NCBI GenBank assembly: GCA_019056785.1
Contig: DXJV01000100.1
Span: 10,796 to 74,795 of the forward strand
Length of the DNA: 64,000 nt
Reading direction: 5' to 3'
Origin: Candidatus Heimdallarchaeota archaeon
GTDB lineage: Archaea > Asgardarchaeota > Heimdallarchaeia > JABLTI01
The notes beneath the pieces were generated by a model. The model was not told where the DNA came from, did not search any database, and saw nothing but the letters and a program-made list of their open reading frames with translations. A program made the translations under genes and the position numbers. Below, piece by piece: positions 1 through 9,977 of this stretch. Every line of letters begins with the position of its first letter. The stretch's first letter is position 1.

Positions 1-109
1 ATTTTGGCAGGCCACTCTCTTCAAGGACAATAAAACCTCGGAGAGCGTTGTAGAATTGCTCAATTAGATGGCTTGTTTCAAATTCCTCTATCGTGATTTT
101 AAAACCCAC
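1..109 (-). CDS. N-terminal part of a gene running off the left edge; possible longin/roadblock-like protein
   Basis: Open frame from GTG at 109: VGFKITIEEFETSHLIEQFYNALRGFIVLEESGLPK. The 'LRGFIVLEESGLP' segment resembles the first beta-hairpin of Asgard longin/roadblock folds. Only 36 codons are visible. Confidence 0.4.
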   Translation of the reverse strand, partial: MGFKITIEEFETSHLIEQFYNALRGFIVLEESGLPK

Positions 110-266
110 CGGATTTTTCTCTAAAAAAATGATTGGCAAAACGGCTTTTAATCACTCTCATTACGGCAAAAGACCGATAAGAAGATTGAAGGATTAAGAA
201 TTAAAGCGTAAATTTATTAACAATTTCTGTCAGTCCTTCTGCTAAACTAATTTCAAGGTAGCAACC

Positions 267-1391
267 ATGACTCCCCAAGCAGAAGAAATTAGCGAATTAT
301 TGAAAAAGTGCGTTCAATGTGGCTCATGCATTTTAATTTGCCCAATCTATCGAGCAACAAAGGAAGAACAATTTTCGCCACGAGGAAAACTCTATTACTT
401 AAAATTAAAAGATGCTTTTCCTGAGAAATTCGACGCTGAGCTTGATAAAGAATATGCAAAAACGATTTTTACTTGTACGATGTGCGGCAGATGTGTAGAA
501 ATATGCAGCTCTGAAACACAATTGACAGAGATCTTCAAAGAAGAACGAAAAGAATCCGTTGAGCAATTCCCAAAACTCCTCACAATAGCTGAAAATGTCG
601 AAGAAGAAAAGAATGTATATGGTTTAGATAACGAAATGCGTACCGAATCATGGACAATGGAATTGTATGACGATTTTCCAGATATCGATGACCGTATTTA
701 TGAGGAAGGAAAAACGGCTGAGACGATCTTTTTCGTTGGCTGCCTAATGTCTTACCGGAGTAGGCACACAAATGTTTTACGCGCCATTTTAAAAGTGTTA
801 GAATATCTAGGCGAAGATTACATCCTCTTGGGAGGGGAAGAATTCTGTTGTGGTCATCCACTCGATCTTATTGGAAAAACAAACGAAGCAAATAAATTGC
901 GAGAACATAACACAAGCATTTTCACGAAAATCGGCGCTAAAACGATCATTACTGATTGCCCGGGTTGTTTAGAAGCTCTTCTTGAGCACCATCACATTGA
1001 CCCTTCTGTTCGAGTGCTTCATGTGACAGAATTTTTCGATGAGAAAATCGACTCTGTTCCAAACAAGTTGGATATAACGCTCAAGTATCATGACCCTTGC
1101 GAACTCTTCCGGAATGATGGGGTGACTGAAGCACCGCGCTCGCTGATGAGAAAAATAGGCATCAATATTGTCGAAATGGAACCTTCTTGCTGTGGTGGGG
1201 GTGGGATGTTACGTGTAACAGATGAGAAGCTGGCAAACAAGATAATGGAGGATCGCATTATAAAGGAGAAACTCAAAGAAGAAGATACTTGTGTAGTTAC
1301 TTGTTGCCCTTCGTGCTTGGAACAATTTGAACAAAATGAAATAACAACGAGCGACATAGCAGAATATCTCGTAAAAGCGCTCAATCTCTAG
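267..1391 (+). CDS. (Fe-S)-binding oxidoreductase subunit, GlcF/HdrD-like (two 4Fe-4S motifs plus CCG domains)
   Basis: CVQCGSCILICP and CTMCGRCVEICS; FCCGHP, CPGC, YHDPC, SCCGGGG, CCPSC. Confidence 0.9.
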   Translation: MTPQAEEISELLKKCVQCGSCILICPIYRATKEEQFSPRGKLYYLKLKDAFPEKFDAELDKEYAKTIFTCTMCGRCVEICSSETQLTEIFKEERKESVEQFPKLLTIAENVEEEKNVYGLDNEMRTESWTMELYDDFPDIDDRIYEEGKTAETIFFVGCLMSYRSRHTNVLRAILKVLEYLGEDYILLGGEEFCCGHPLDLIGKTNEANKLREHNTSIFTKIGAKTIITDCPGCLEALLEHHHIDPSVRVLHVTEFFDEKIDSVPNKLDITLKYHDPCELFRNDGVTEAPRSLMRKIGINIVEMEPSCCGGGGMLRVTDEKLANKIMEDRIIKEKLKEEDTCVVTCCPSCLEQFEQNEITTSDIAEYLVKALNL

Positions 1392-1403
1392 GAGGAATAA
1401 AAG

Positions 1404-2795
1404 ATGGAAAAACTACAGAAATATATAATCGGTGCAAATGCCTCAATCTTTCAGAAAATCGACCCCGACTCAAATGTCAAGGTTTTTGTGCCAGAAAACG
1501 AGGAGGAGATCAAAGCAGCTATAGCTTTTGCTCGAGAAAACAACCTGCCAATCACCAGTAAAGGCGGGGGCTCAGGTATGAGTGGTGCGTGCACAGGCGC
1601 ATCAAGAAAGAAAGTGATCATTAGTTCCATGCGTATGAAAAAAGTTCTTGAGATTAATTTTGATGAAGGATATGCAGTTGTTGAGGCAGGTATCACACCC
1701 GATGAATTAAATGCTGAAATCCAACAGAGAAAACCCAATTGGAAATTCTTTGTTGCACCCTCTAGTCGAGATATTGCCACAGTTGGAGGAATATTAAGCA
1801 CAGATGGCGGAGGAAATGATGCTTGGTTAGCAGGAACAATGGCAGACAACGTTTTGGAGGTGGAACTTTTTGATTATCATGGCAATAAGATAATTGTTAC
1901 AAAAATTGATAATGACAACAAAAAAGCAAAAATCACCTGCTCCAGCAAAGAATTACAAGAAAAATTACAGAAAAACAATTTCTCAATAATTGACATTGCC
2001 GGAGCACATGGAACATTGGGTTACATTTCAAAACTCAAACTGCTAATCAAGCCACTTTCAGAATATAATAATCAACGATTTGCTCTCGCGTATGCTGGAA
2101 ACTTGAATGCCCTAGGAAAAATCATTTATGAATTAATAGAAGCAAACATTCCATTAACCTACGGCGAAGCAATTGTAGAGGCCCATCACCCGGAAATTTC
2201 CAGAAAAACAAACCCGCCCATGCTCATCTTGGAATTTCCGCTAGACTTTCAAGAAAAAGTTCAAACAATTTGTAAATCGATCCCTGATGTGAATTTCAAC
2301 TCAGTAAATAAAGAAGAATTTGAACAAAAGAAAGAAATCCGAATAAAAATGGCAAAAAGAAATCCTCCAGAAGGATATCAATTAGCGCTGTTCGAGGGGT
2401 ACGGAATAGCAGGTGATAACCTCCTACGTTTTGAAGAAATCATTACAAAAATCAATCAAACGCTGGAGAGCTGTGGGTTTGAACCATTTATTAAATTTGG
2501 ACATGCTCCATCGGTCTATCATCATGGCGACAAAAAAGTAAAAGGAATAATCATGCACTCGAGGGAAAAACGGCCAGAGAAACTCACGTCAAAAATGGTC
2601 TTTGAAGGCATCGTGGCCCTTGTTGAGCTTTGTGAAAAGGAGGGCATCATTCCCAAACCAGAACACAAATGGCCATTTTCAAAAACAACTCAAAAACATA
2701 AACGACTCACAGAACTCACCACGATTCTTGGAAAAAATTTCAACCCGTTTATTTTGGATTCTACCTTGAAAGAATTAGCAGAGTTAGTTTTGTAA
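1404..2795 (+). CDS. FAD-binding oxidoreductase (GlcD/D-lactate dehydrogenase-like, FAD_binding_4)
   Basis: KGGGSGMSG, VEAGIT, ATVGG, GAHGTLG, C-terminal EH motif; SD GGAGG upstream; operonic with the Fe-S subunit. Confidence 0.85.
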   Translation: MEKLQKYIIGANASIFQKIDPDSNVKVFVPENEEEIKAAIAFARENNLPITSKGGGSGMSGACTGASRKKVIISSMRMKKVLEINFDEGYAVVEAGITPDELNAEIQQRKPNWKFFVAPSSRDIATVGGILSTDGGGNDAWLAGTMADNVLEVELFDYHGNKIIVTKIDNDNKKAKITCSSKELQEKLQKNNFSIIDIAGAHGTLGYISKLKLLIKPLSEYNNQRFALAYAGNLNALGKIIYELIEANIPLTYGEAIVEAHHPEISRKTNPPMLILEFPLDFQEKVQTICKSIPDVNFNSVNKEEFEQKKEIRIKMAKRNPPEGYQLALFEGYGIAGDNLLRFEEIITKINQTLESCGFEPFIKFGHAPSVYHHGDKKVKGIIMHSREKRPEKLTSKMVFEGIVALVELCEKEGIIPKPEHKWPFSKTTQKHKRLTELTTILGKNFNPFILDSTLKELAELVL

Positions 2796-2981
2796 AGAAT
2801 TACAAATAACTCTTCCTTTTTTTCTTGAGCTAGGATTGCTTGGAGTATAAAGAAGGTCCGAAGCCAGAAAAAGAGCTCGGCAATAAGGTATTTGAAAGAA
2901 GAAACAAGACATAGTATAAATAAGCGCTCATAAGAAAAAATAATATTAGAGCAAACGAATTTTCAATGTAGGAGATTTACT

Positions 2982-4118
2982 GTGTGGTTTATATTTCGCC
3001 CGGATGCTGTCAATGTCTGGAAGAATAAAGAAGTACTCAAACGCTACCAACGATATCGTGGGATTCTAGATGGGGCGAAGAAAGCACGTTATTTATTAGT
3101 GAAACGAATGCCAATTGACTGTTCTTTGGAGAAGGACACACTCGAAGAATTGTGGGCGGAACATGAAAGACTTGCTGAAGAATTTCCAAAATTATTGAGG
3201 AAATTAAATGGAGACCAAATAACCTTAGATGAGTTGCCGGCCCACAAAAAGTCTTTTCTTGAGTTAAAAGAAGAGATAGCATGGCGCATTTTGCGCAATT
3301 GTCATTTCTGTGAAAGACGATGCGGGATTGATAGAAGTAAGGGGGAAATTGGGGTTTGCCGAGTTGGCCAAGAGACAATTGTTTCATCAGCATTTCTCCA
3401 TACAGGTGAAGAATCGGTTCTAGTCCCCAGCGGAACGATCTTTTTTGCAGGTTGTACCTTCAAGTGCGCCTTTTGCCAAAACTATGACATCTCACAGGAA
3501 TGGAAGACAAAAAACCAACCATCAATGACTGCTGGTGTAGTGACTGACGCAAAACGATTGAGTTTACTCGAAGAACAACTATGGAAAGAGGGAGCAAAAA
3601 ACATTAATTTCGTTGGGGGGGACCCCACACCAAATTTACATACAATTATTGCTTCGCTCAAATATTTACAAGCAAACATTACACTTCTTTGGAACTCGAA
3701 CAATTATCAATCCCTTGAAGCAACAAAATTGCTTCTCGAACTCATGGATTTTTGGCTTCCAGATTTCAAATTTTGGGAGAATGATTTTGCCAAAAAAATC
3801 TCCGGCGTAGATAATTACCGAGAAATCGTCTCTCGTAACATTAAGCTAGCGTATGAAGCTGGCTCCGGGGAAGTACTGGTTAGACATCTCTTGATGCCCG
3901 GGAGGGTAGAAGCAGACACTATTCCAATCTTAGAATGGTGCGCAAAAGAAATCCCAAACGCTATGGTGAATCTAATGGATCAATATCACCCAGACTATTT
4001 GATTATTCGCCAGCCGGATAAATACCGTGCCTTAAATAGACGAATCCTCCCAGAAGAATGGAAAAGGGCAACGAAAAAAGCAGATGAACTTGGGATCTTT
4101 TGGCGCCCCGTTTCATAA
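2982..4118 (+). CDS. Radical SAM protein, PflX-like
   Basis: CHFCERRCGIDR, HTGEE..SGTIFFAGCTFKCAFCQN, VGGDPTP. Confidence 0.9.
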   Translation: MWFIFRPDAVNVWKNKEVLKRYQRYRGILDGAKKARYLLVKRMPIDCSLEKDTLEELWAEHERLAEEFPKLLRKLNGDQITLDELPAHKKSFLELKEEIAWRILRNCHFCERRCGIDRSKGEIGVCRVGQETIVSSAFLHTGEESVLVPSGTIFFAGCTFKCAFCQNYDISQEWKTKNQPSMTAGVVTDAKRLSLLEEQLWKEGAKNINFVGGDPTPNLHTIIASLKYLQANITLLWNSNNYQSLEATKLLLELMDFWLPDFKFWENDFAKKISGVDNYREIVSRNIKLAYEAGSGEVLVRHLLMPGRVEADTIPILEWCAKEIPNAMVNLMDQYHPDYLIIRQPDKYRALNRRILPEEWKRATKKADELGIFWRPVS

Positions 4119-4147
4119 ATAGGAAAAGGAAAAAAGAGGAAGAGCGT

Positions 4148-4609
4148 TTAGAGCAATTCCAAAACTTTAGTCTGCTTCTTATTATACCAAAACGCAAGGA
4201 CCATGATAATTATAAGACTAATCATTTGACAAATGGCATATTGTGCCACGGGGTCCTGCAGACCAAATAATTCTAGACCGTTTGCAATAGCAAAGACAAC
4301 GAAATAAGTTACGAAATATAAGATACTGATAATACTACTTGAGAGAAAAGGTGCTCGATAGTCCTTAAGATCATAAGAGCGCAACCGGATTAGCAATGCC
4401 TCATACAAAACCATCTCTGCGTTTGTAATAATAAAGACAGCGGCAACGATAATAACAATATATGCTGGGAGATAACCGCTCTTTAACACTTGAATGACCA
4501 TTTGTGCATGATAGATCATCGGTATCTGAGTTAGAATGGCAAAACCAGTTAAAAGGGCTAGAATCCCAAAGGGTTTGCCACGCGTCCATTGAATATTTAA
4601 GCTCGACAT
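4148..4609 (-). CDS. Hypothetical membrane protein (about 4 TM)
   Basis: Four hydrophobic segments; fills the gap between flanking genes. Confidence 0.7.
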   Translation of the reverse strand: MSSLNIQWTRGKPFGILALLTGFAILTQIPMIYHAQMVIQVLKSGYLPAYIVIIVAAVFIITNAEMVLYEALLIRLRSYDLKDYRAPFLSSSIISILYFVTYFVVFAIANGLELFGLQDPVAQYAICQMISLIIIMVLAFWYNKKQTKVLELL

Positions 4610-4761
4610 TATCTAAACCTTCACTCGAGATTCAAATCACTATTCGCTTAACAGTAAAAGCTATTAAAATATTTTGTAATCATCCGCTTTTTCAGAGAAA
4701 AATAACCAGTCAATGAAGAGAAAATACGCTCATTCATTCAGACTAAATAAGAGGATCTGTG

Positions 4762-5382
4762 CTAAGAGAGTTTAATATAACGCTCAAATTCCTCCACAGA
4801 AGCAGCACGCAATCGTTTACGAATCAAATCTCGAAGAGCAGGAAGATTATCCCCTTTTCGAGCACTGACAGTGATAATTGATGCGTCATGTTCAGGGGAA
4901 AGCGTAGATATATCGATTAGCTCTTTGAAATAAGCGACAGTACAAGCCAACGCCGATTTGTCAATTTTATCGATTTTATTTAAAGCCACAATTGGTATAA
5001 AATGCAAATCACACAAGAATTGATAGAGCTCCTGGTCAATAGGTATAATTCCTTTTTTTGCAAGGCGCTCTGAAACATCAATAAGACTTTTAGCGTCAAT
5101 TACATGGACACAAGCAGGAATTCGAAATTTGTTTTCTTCGAGAAAAACCAGAATCTCATCCTTTATTCTTTCCTCATACGTGGAAGGTCTACCATGGATC
5201 TTCCCCCAACCTGGGATGTCAACAATACGGAACTTTTTAGCAAGAGGGTATTCAATAATTTTCCGGGTTGAACCAGGCTTCTTCCCAATGACCGGTTTAG
5301 CAGCTGTTAAGCGATGGATAAGAGAACTTTTACCGGCATTTGGTCGGCCAATAAATACCACGTACCATGCAAACTCGTGCAT
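4762..5382 (-). CDS. engB: GTP-binding protein EngB/YihA family
   Basis: GRPNAGKS, KPGST, DIPGWG, NKID, SARKG. Confidence 0.9.
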   Translation of the reverse strand: MHEFAWYVVFIGRPNAGKSSLIHRLTAAKPVIGKKPGSTRKIIEYPLAKKFRIVDIPGWGKIHGRPSTYEERIKDEILVFLEENKFRIPACVHVIDAKSLIDVSERLAKKGIIPIDQELYQFLCDLHFIPIVALNKIDKIDKSALACTVAYFKELIDISTLSPEHDASIITVSARKGDNLPALRDLIRKRLRAASVEEFERYIKLS

Positions 5383-5427
5383 GAGCTAACTTCATGAAAC
5401 CAAGCTTCTTTAGTTTTTTTACGGTTA

Positions 5428-8343
5428 CTAATCACCCCAGAATGGGCGAGTCCGAGAATACTCTTTTTCAGCATTGATAATTTCAGAATAGAACTCATAA
5501 TCCTCTTTGTCATAGCTTTTTTCAAGAACACGGCTAGCGCTTTTAGGACCAATGCCTCTCGCTGAAAGAGCAATAATGGCTTTTTTCCCAGAAGCAAGAA
5601 CAAGATCTGCGCTTTTATAGCCCTGTTTGAGGATTTTCTCTTCCTCCGGAGCCAATTGTTGATGACGTAAGTGTTTCTTCAAAACTTTATGAAGCTGTTC
5701 ATTGAAAGGAGAAACAGCAGCAAGATAGCGAGCGCCACATTTTGGGCAAGTTGGTTTCTCATCCAAATTACCTATTTTGCTAATAACATTGTAGTTTCCA
5801 CACCACATACAAATCAAACGAACTTCTTTCTTATCAAGGCGCCGTTGTACTTTTTCAGCTAACTGTCGATCGGGTTTTTTAGGAATAACAAAGCCAGTGA
5901 ACCGTAATTGATTAACAGCTACTTCAGCAAGAGGCGACAAGTCATCAATTTTCTTTTTAGCGATGGTAAGAATCTCAATTTCTTGAGCGTGTATTCGCTC
6001 TAAAACTTTCGTGGTTAAAGGTATATCCATCTTATCATGAATCAATTCATTTAGAGTGGCTTCAGCAACCAAGGTCCCTTCATATGCTCGAGCAATTTTA
6101 CGGGGGTGCATCTTTCCGGATTCCCAAGGACCACGAAGTACACCAAAGCGTTTGGCAATATGAACAAACCGCCATTCATACATTGTTGTTTGTGGGAGTG
6201 TTCTCCGCAAGAGCTCTTCGACAAACTCCCCACGAAGCTCACGAATGGCACTTTCAATGTGCTCGGGCTGGAGAAAATAAGGATACGTTAAAATGATACG
6301 ATAAGCATCTGATCGAAAGCCAATAGAACAAGCAAATTTAGCCATAAGAAGTGAGCTTATGAGCTGCCCGAGGGTTTGATTGACTTTATTGCCAAAATCA
6401 GCATGAATGACTGCCATATTTGACCCCAAAGTTTCAATAATCATTGTGCTATCAGTTGGCATTGGCATGTCTGTCGAGAAATGCTTAAAGAGGAAGGAAA
6501 CAACAACGGCTTTAGCATCTTCCTCAATAGGATAAGAATCTAAAGCTTTAATCGCCGCAAGGTAATTATCATCTTCAATAAAAAACTGTTGAACGGCTTT
6601 TCGGATTTTCCCGACTTCTTGCGATACTGAAAAAGGAACAGGGATCATTTCGCCGTCCCAAACAGGAAGAGCACCAATAGGATTGTGAACCGGGGCAACT
6701 TCCACACGGTCCTCATGTATAGCAAGGATTTTCCAAGGAACACCTTTTACAATAAAAACTGTTCCAACCTGCCCTTGAATTTCCACAAATTCCTCATCTA
6801 GGGTGCCAACATTTCGGTTTGTGGCAACATCATAAATGCGATACTTCTTAACGTCTCGAATGGGGCTAAGATTACCAAAATAATAATGAAGAGTGTTTCT
6901 CCGCCGAGTAATTATCTCTCCTTCCAGCCAAATTGTTCCTAACTCTTTCATTAATTGGAGAAGAGTAACAAGCTCTTCGCGGGTAAGGCCTTTATAGGGG
7001 TAGGAACGTTTGACGAGTTTTAATAATTCATTGATAGAGACCGGACTAGTCTCCATAAGAATGCCGGCAATTTGATGCGAAAGTACTTCCCAGGGTTTAA
7101 TGTGAGGTTTGGGGACCTCGAGTTCCTTGTTAAGGGCTTTTCTACCAATGACAGCAGACTCGAGTATATCTTCTGCATCAATGGTAATTAAAATCCCATG
7201 GCTTGTTCTTCCAATTTTGTGCCCACTACGACCAACACGCTGAACAAGTGGTGCAATGTCTCTACTAGACATCATTTGAATAACAGTATCTACTGAACCA
7301 ATATCTATACCAAGTTCAAGACTCGAGGTACAAATTATGGCTTTTAATTGCCCGTTTTTAAAACGATTCTCAGCTTCTTTCCGAATTTCTTTTGAAAGAG
7401 ATCCATGATGCACGCCGTAAGGGAAATCTGTGCCGATTAGACGCATTCGATTGCCCAAAATTTCAGCGAATTGTCGAGTATTTGTGAAAACAAGGGTGTG
7501 TTCATGTTTCCTAATAATGTCAATAACTTTACATGCGCGAGCCGTTGCCTCCGGACTCGAGTAAATTCTCTCGGCCAGAGAATGATCCTCTTCTGAAGGT
7601 TTTGGATAAAGAATGTTCAATGAAATAGCTTTTTTGGTAGGTTCTTCAATAATGGTGCATTTTCGATGAGGACCAACTAATAACTTCGCTACTAAGGCTG
7701 GATTGCCGATTGTGGCTGAAAGCCCGATTCTTTGAAAGCTGTCTGGACAGAACCGTTCAAGACGTTCTAAAGCCAAAAAGAGTTGGGTGCCACGTTTTGA
7801 ATCAACAAGCTCGTGGATTTCATCAATGATTACCCATGAAACATTACGTAAGTGCTGCCCCAAGCGTTTGGCGGTTAAAATAATACCAAGCGTTTCCGGC
7901 GTGGTTATTAACATATGAGGTGGGTCTAATGTTTGTTTGCGTCGTTCATGCTGTGTTGTATCAGAATGGCGAATACTTGTACGAATACCCAGTTGATTGC
8001 CGATCTCAATGACTCGTTTGAAAATATCGCGGTTCAAAGCACGAAGAGGAGTAATATAGAGGATATTTATCCCAGGCTTTTTAACGCCCTTTTCCCATTG
8101 CGCAAGTAATCGATTAAAAACAGGGAGAACCGCCGCTTCTGTTTTGCCAGAACCCGTGGCACTAATGATCAAGGCATGCTCATGCTTTTCTATAACAGGG
8201 AAAGCCAATTGCTGAATAGGCGTGAAGGCTTCAAAACCAAGAGTGTCAATAACCTTTTGTAAGTTAGGACAAAAACTGCGATGGTTGAGCATGCAAAAAA
8301 CTCCAATAAGTACTTGTGATAAGTTAGCTTTTTTAAATTCCAA
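5428..8343 (-). CDS. lhr: Lhr-like DEAD/DEAH helicase (likely start is ATG at 8292)
   Basis: ATGSGKT, TPLRAL, DEIHE, LSAT, HHGSLS, TSSLELGID, QRVGRSGH; C-terminal CxxC..CxxC. Confidence 0.93.
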   Translation of the reverse strand: MEFKKANLSQVLIGVFCMLNHRSFCPNLQKVIDTLGFEAFTPIQQLAFPVIEKHEHALIISATGSGKTEAAVLPVFNRLLAQWEKGVKKPGINILYITPLRALNRDIFKRVIEIGNQLGIRTSIRHSDTTQHERRKQTLDPPHMLITTPETLGIILTAKRLGQHLRNVSWVIIDEIHELVDSKRGTQLFLALERLERFCPDSFQRIGLSATIGNPALVAKLLVGPHRKCTIIEEPTKKAISLNILYPKPSEEDHSLAERIYSSPEATARACKVIDIIRKHEHTLVFTNTRQFAEILGNRMRLIGTDFPYGVHHGSLSKEIRKEAENRFKNGQLKAIICTSSLELGIDIGSVDTVIQMMSSRDIAPLVQRVGRSGHKIGRTSHGILITIDAEDILESAVIGRKALNKELEVPKPHIKPWEVLSHQIAGILMETSPVSINELLKLVKRSYPYKGLTREELVTLLQLMKELGTIWLEGEIITRRRNTLHYYFGNLSPIRDVKKYRIYDVATNRNVGTLDEEFVEIQGQVGTVFIVKGVPWKILAIHEDRVEVAPVHNPIGALPVWDGEMIPVPFSVSQEVGKIRKAVQQFFIEDDNYLAAIKALDSYPIEEDAKAVVVSFLFKHFSTDMPMPTDSTMIIETLGSNMAVIHADFGNKVNQTLGQLISSLLMAKFACSIGFRSDAYRIILTYPYFLQPEHIESAIRELRGEFVEELLRRTLPQTTMYEWRFVHIAKRFGVLRGPWESGKMHPRKIARAYEGTLVAEATLNELIHDKMDIPLTTKVLERIHAQEIEILTIAKKKIDDLSPLAEVAVNQLRFTGFVIPKKPDRQLAEKVQRRLDKKEVRLICMWCGNYNVISKIGNLDEKPTCPKCGARYLAAVSPFNEQLHKVLKKHLRHQQLAPEEEKILKQGYKSADLVLASGKKAIIALSARGIGPKSASRVLEKSYDKEDYEFYSEIINAEKEYSRTRPFWGD

Positions 8344-8509
8344 GATAAGTCTAATAAACTCTTACGGTGAGAAAAAAAGTGCGAGAGGTTTACAATAGAA
8401 TGGTAAAGGGTAATTTTCAAGGGGCATTAAAGAAATAAGGAAAAGACAAAGAGTTTTTAAACAAAAAAAGAAAACAACAAATCACAAATTTGATGAGAGA
8501 ATGAAAACA

Positions 8510-8617
8510 ATGGTCGATACGAATACAATTCTCTATATTATCTATGTTGTTCTTATATTAGGTGGCCTTTTAGCTTTGGGTTATCACTTAGTTTCTGGCG
8601 AAGAAGAGGAAACCTAA
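8510..8617 (+). CDS. 35-aa single-TM microprotein, Ost4-like (not in ORF track)
   Basis: MVDTNTILYIIYVVLILGGLLALGYHLVSGEEEET; Y25-H26-x-V28 falls in the same register as eukaryotic Ost4; alternative in-frame ATG at 8501. Confidence 0.65.
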   Translation: MVDTNTILYIIYVVLILGGLLALGYHLVSGEEEET

Positions 8618-8807
8618 AACCTTTCGTAGAAAAACGCTTTTTATTTGTGCACCAGGTAAGAAAGATTTTGTGATTACTAAAGAAACGTACCTTGTTTTGG
8701 AAATTGCTAATTTGCTACAATAGTTTCAGCTATCTCTCCAGCAACGGTTTTTTAGGGCATGACAAAGAAACTAATAAAAGAGTAAAGAGGACATATTGTG
8801 AAAACAA

Positions 8808-9977
8808 ATGGCATTTTACCAGCATGAACCAAAAACGAATCTCATGACAACAACTACAACAAAGCAATTTATCTTCCATGTTGATTTAGATGCCTTTTTT
8901 GCAGCGGTAGAAATACGAGAGAACCCTTCACTGAAAGGAAAACCGGTTATGGTGGGGGGTGAGAAAGAAACAAAGAGGGGTGTTGTCACTACTTGTAATT
9001 ATGAAGCGAGAAAATATGGTGTGCGCTCTGGGATGTCAGCAAAAGAAGCAATAGAGCTTTGCCCGGAGATAATCTGTATCCCTCGAGGAAACTATTCGCT
9101 TTACCGCCAAGTGTCAGATAATATTATGGACATTTTAAACTCCTATACCGAACAATTCAGAAGAGCATCGATTGATGAAGCATATCTCAACTTAACAGAA
9201 GCAGTTGTTAAGAAATGGCATGGCTATCCAATTCCTCTTGCACAGGAGATAAAAAAGGAGATTTATGAAGAGGAACGGATCACCTGTTCCATTGGCATTG
9301 GACCAAATACAACTATTGCTAAGATTGCCACGAGTAGGAACAAACCGGATGGAATCACTTATGTTACCCCAAAAGCCATACGAAAATTTCTCGCGCCATT
9401 ACCAGTAAAAGCCATTAGTGGCATTGGACCAAAAACGGCAGAGCGATTAAAAAAGAAGCATCAAATTACAACTATAGGTCAAATTATCGCCCTGGGTACT
9501 GAGTTCGAAATGATCAGAAAATTTGGGCGATTGGGAAGCTTTTTTTATCGTGTCATCTCAGGAAAAGGAAGGACAATCATTGAACCGAAGAGCTCTTATG
9601 GTGCGAAATCAATCAGTAAAGGGCGAACGTTTTATGGAGAACTATTCGATGGGGAACCTCTAACTGTGGAACAAGTTCTGCCTAAATTAATAACACAAGT
9701 TTATGAACGAACTGTGAAAAAACGGTTCAGATATAAAACAATCACGCTTGATGTGCGCTTTCAAAGGACCTTTCAAAATGTTTCGAGAAGTAAGTCATTT
9801 TTAACAGCCAATGATGACTTTGAACGGCTCCGAGAAACAACCTTTGAGCTCCTAAACGACATTCAAAAAGATTTTGAGGGAGAAGTGATAAGAAAGGTTG
9901 CTGTAAGGGTTTCGAATCTCCAACACGAAGACCCATTACAGAAACCACTTTCAGAATTCTTTACGAACGCCTCTTAA
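8808..9977 (+). CDS. dinB: DNA polymerase IV (Y family)
   Basis: HVDLDAFFAAVE, CNYEARKYGV, SIDEAY, KPDG, GIGPKT. Confidence 0.95.
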   Translation: MAFYQHEPKTNLMTTTTTKQFIFHVDLDAFFAAVEIRENPSLKGKPVMVGGEKETKRGVVTTCNYEARKYGVRSGMSAKEAIELCPEIICIPRGNYSLYRQVSDNIMDILNSYTEQFRRASIDEAYLNLTEAVVKKWHGYPIPLAQEIKKEIYEEERITCSIGIGPNTTIAKIATSRNKPDGITYVTPKAIRKFLAPLPVKAISGIGPKTAERLKKKHQITTIGQIIALGTEFEMIRKFGRLGSFFYRVISGKGRTIIEPKSSYGAKSISKGRTFYGELFDGEPLTVEQVLPKLITQVYERTVKKRFRYKTITLDVRFQRTFQNVSRSKSFLTANDDFERLRETTFELLNDIQKDFEGEVIRKVAVRVSNLQHEDPLQKPLSEFFTNAS

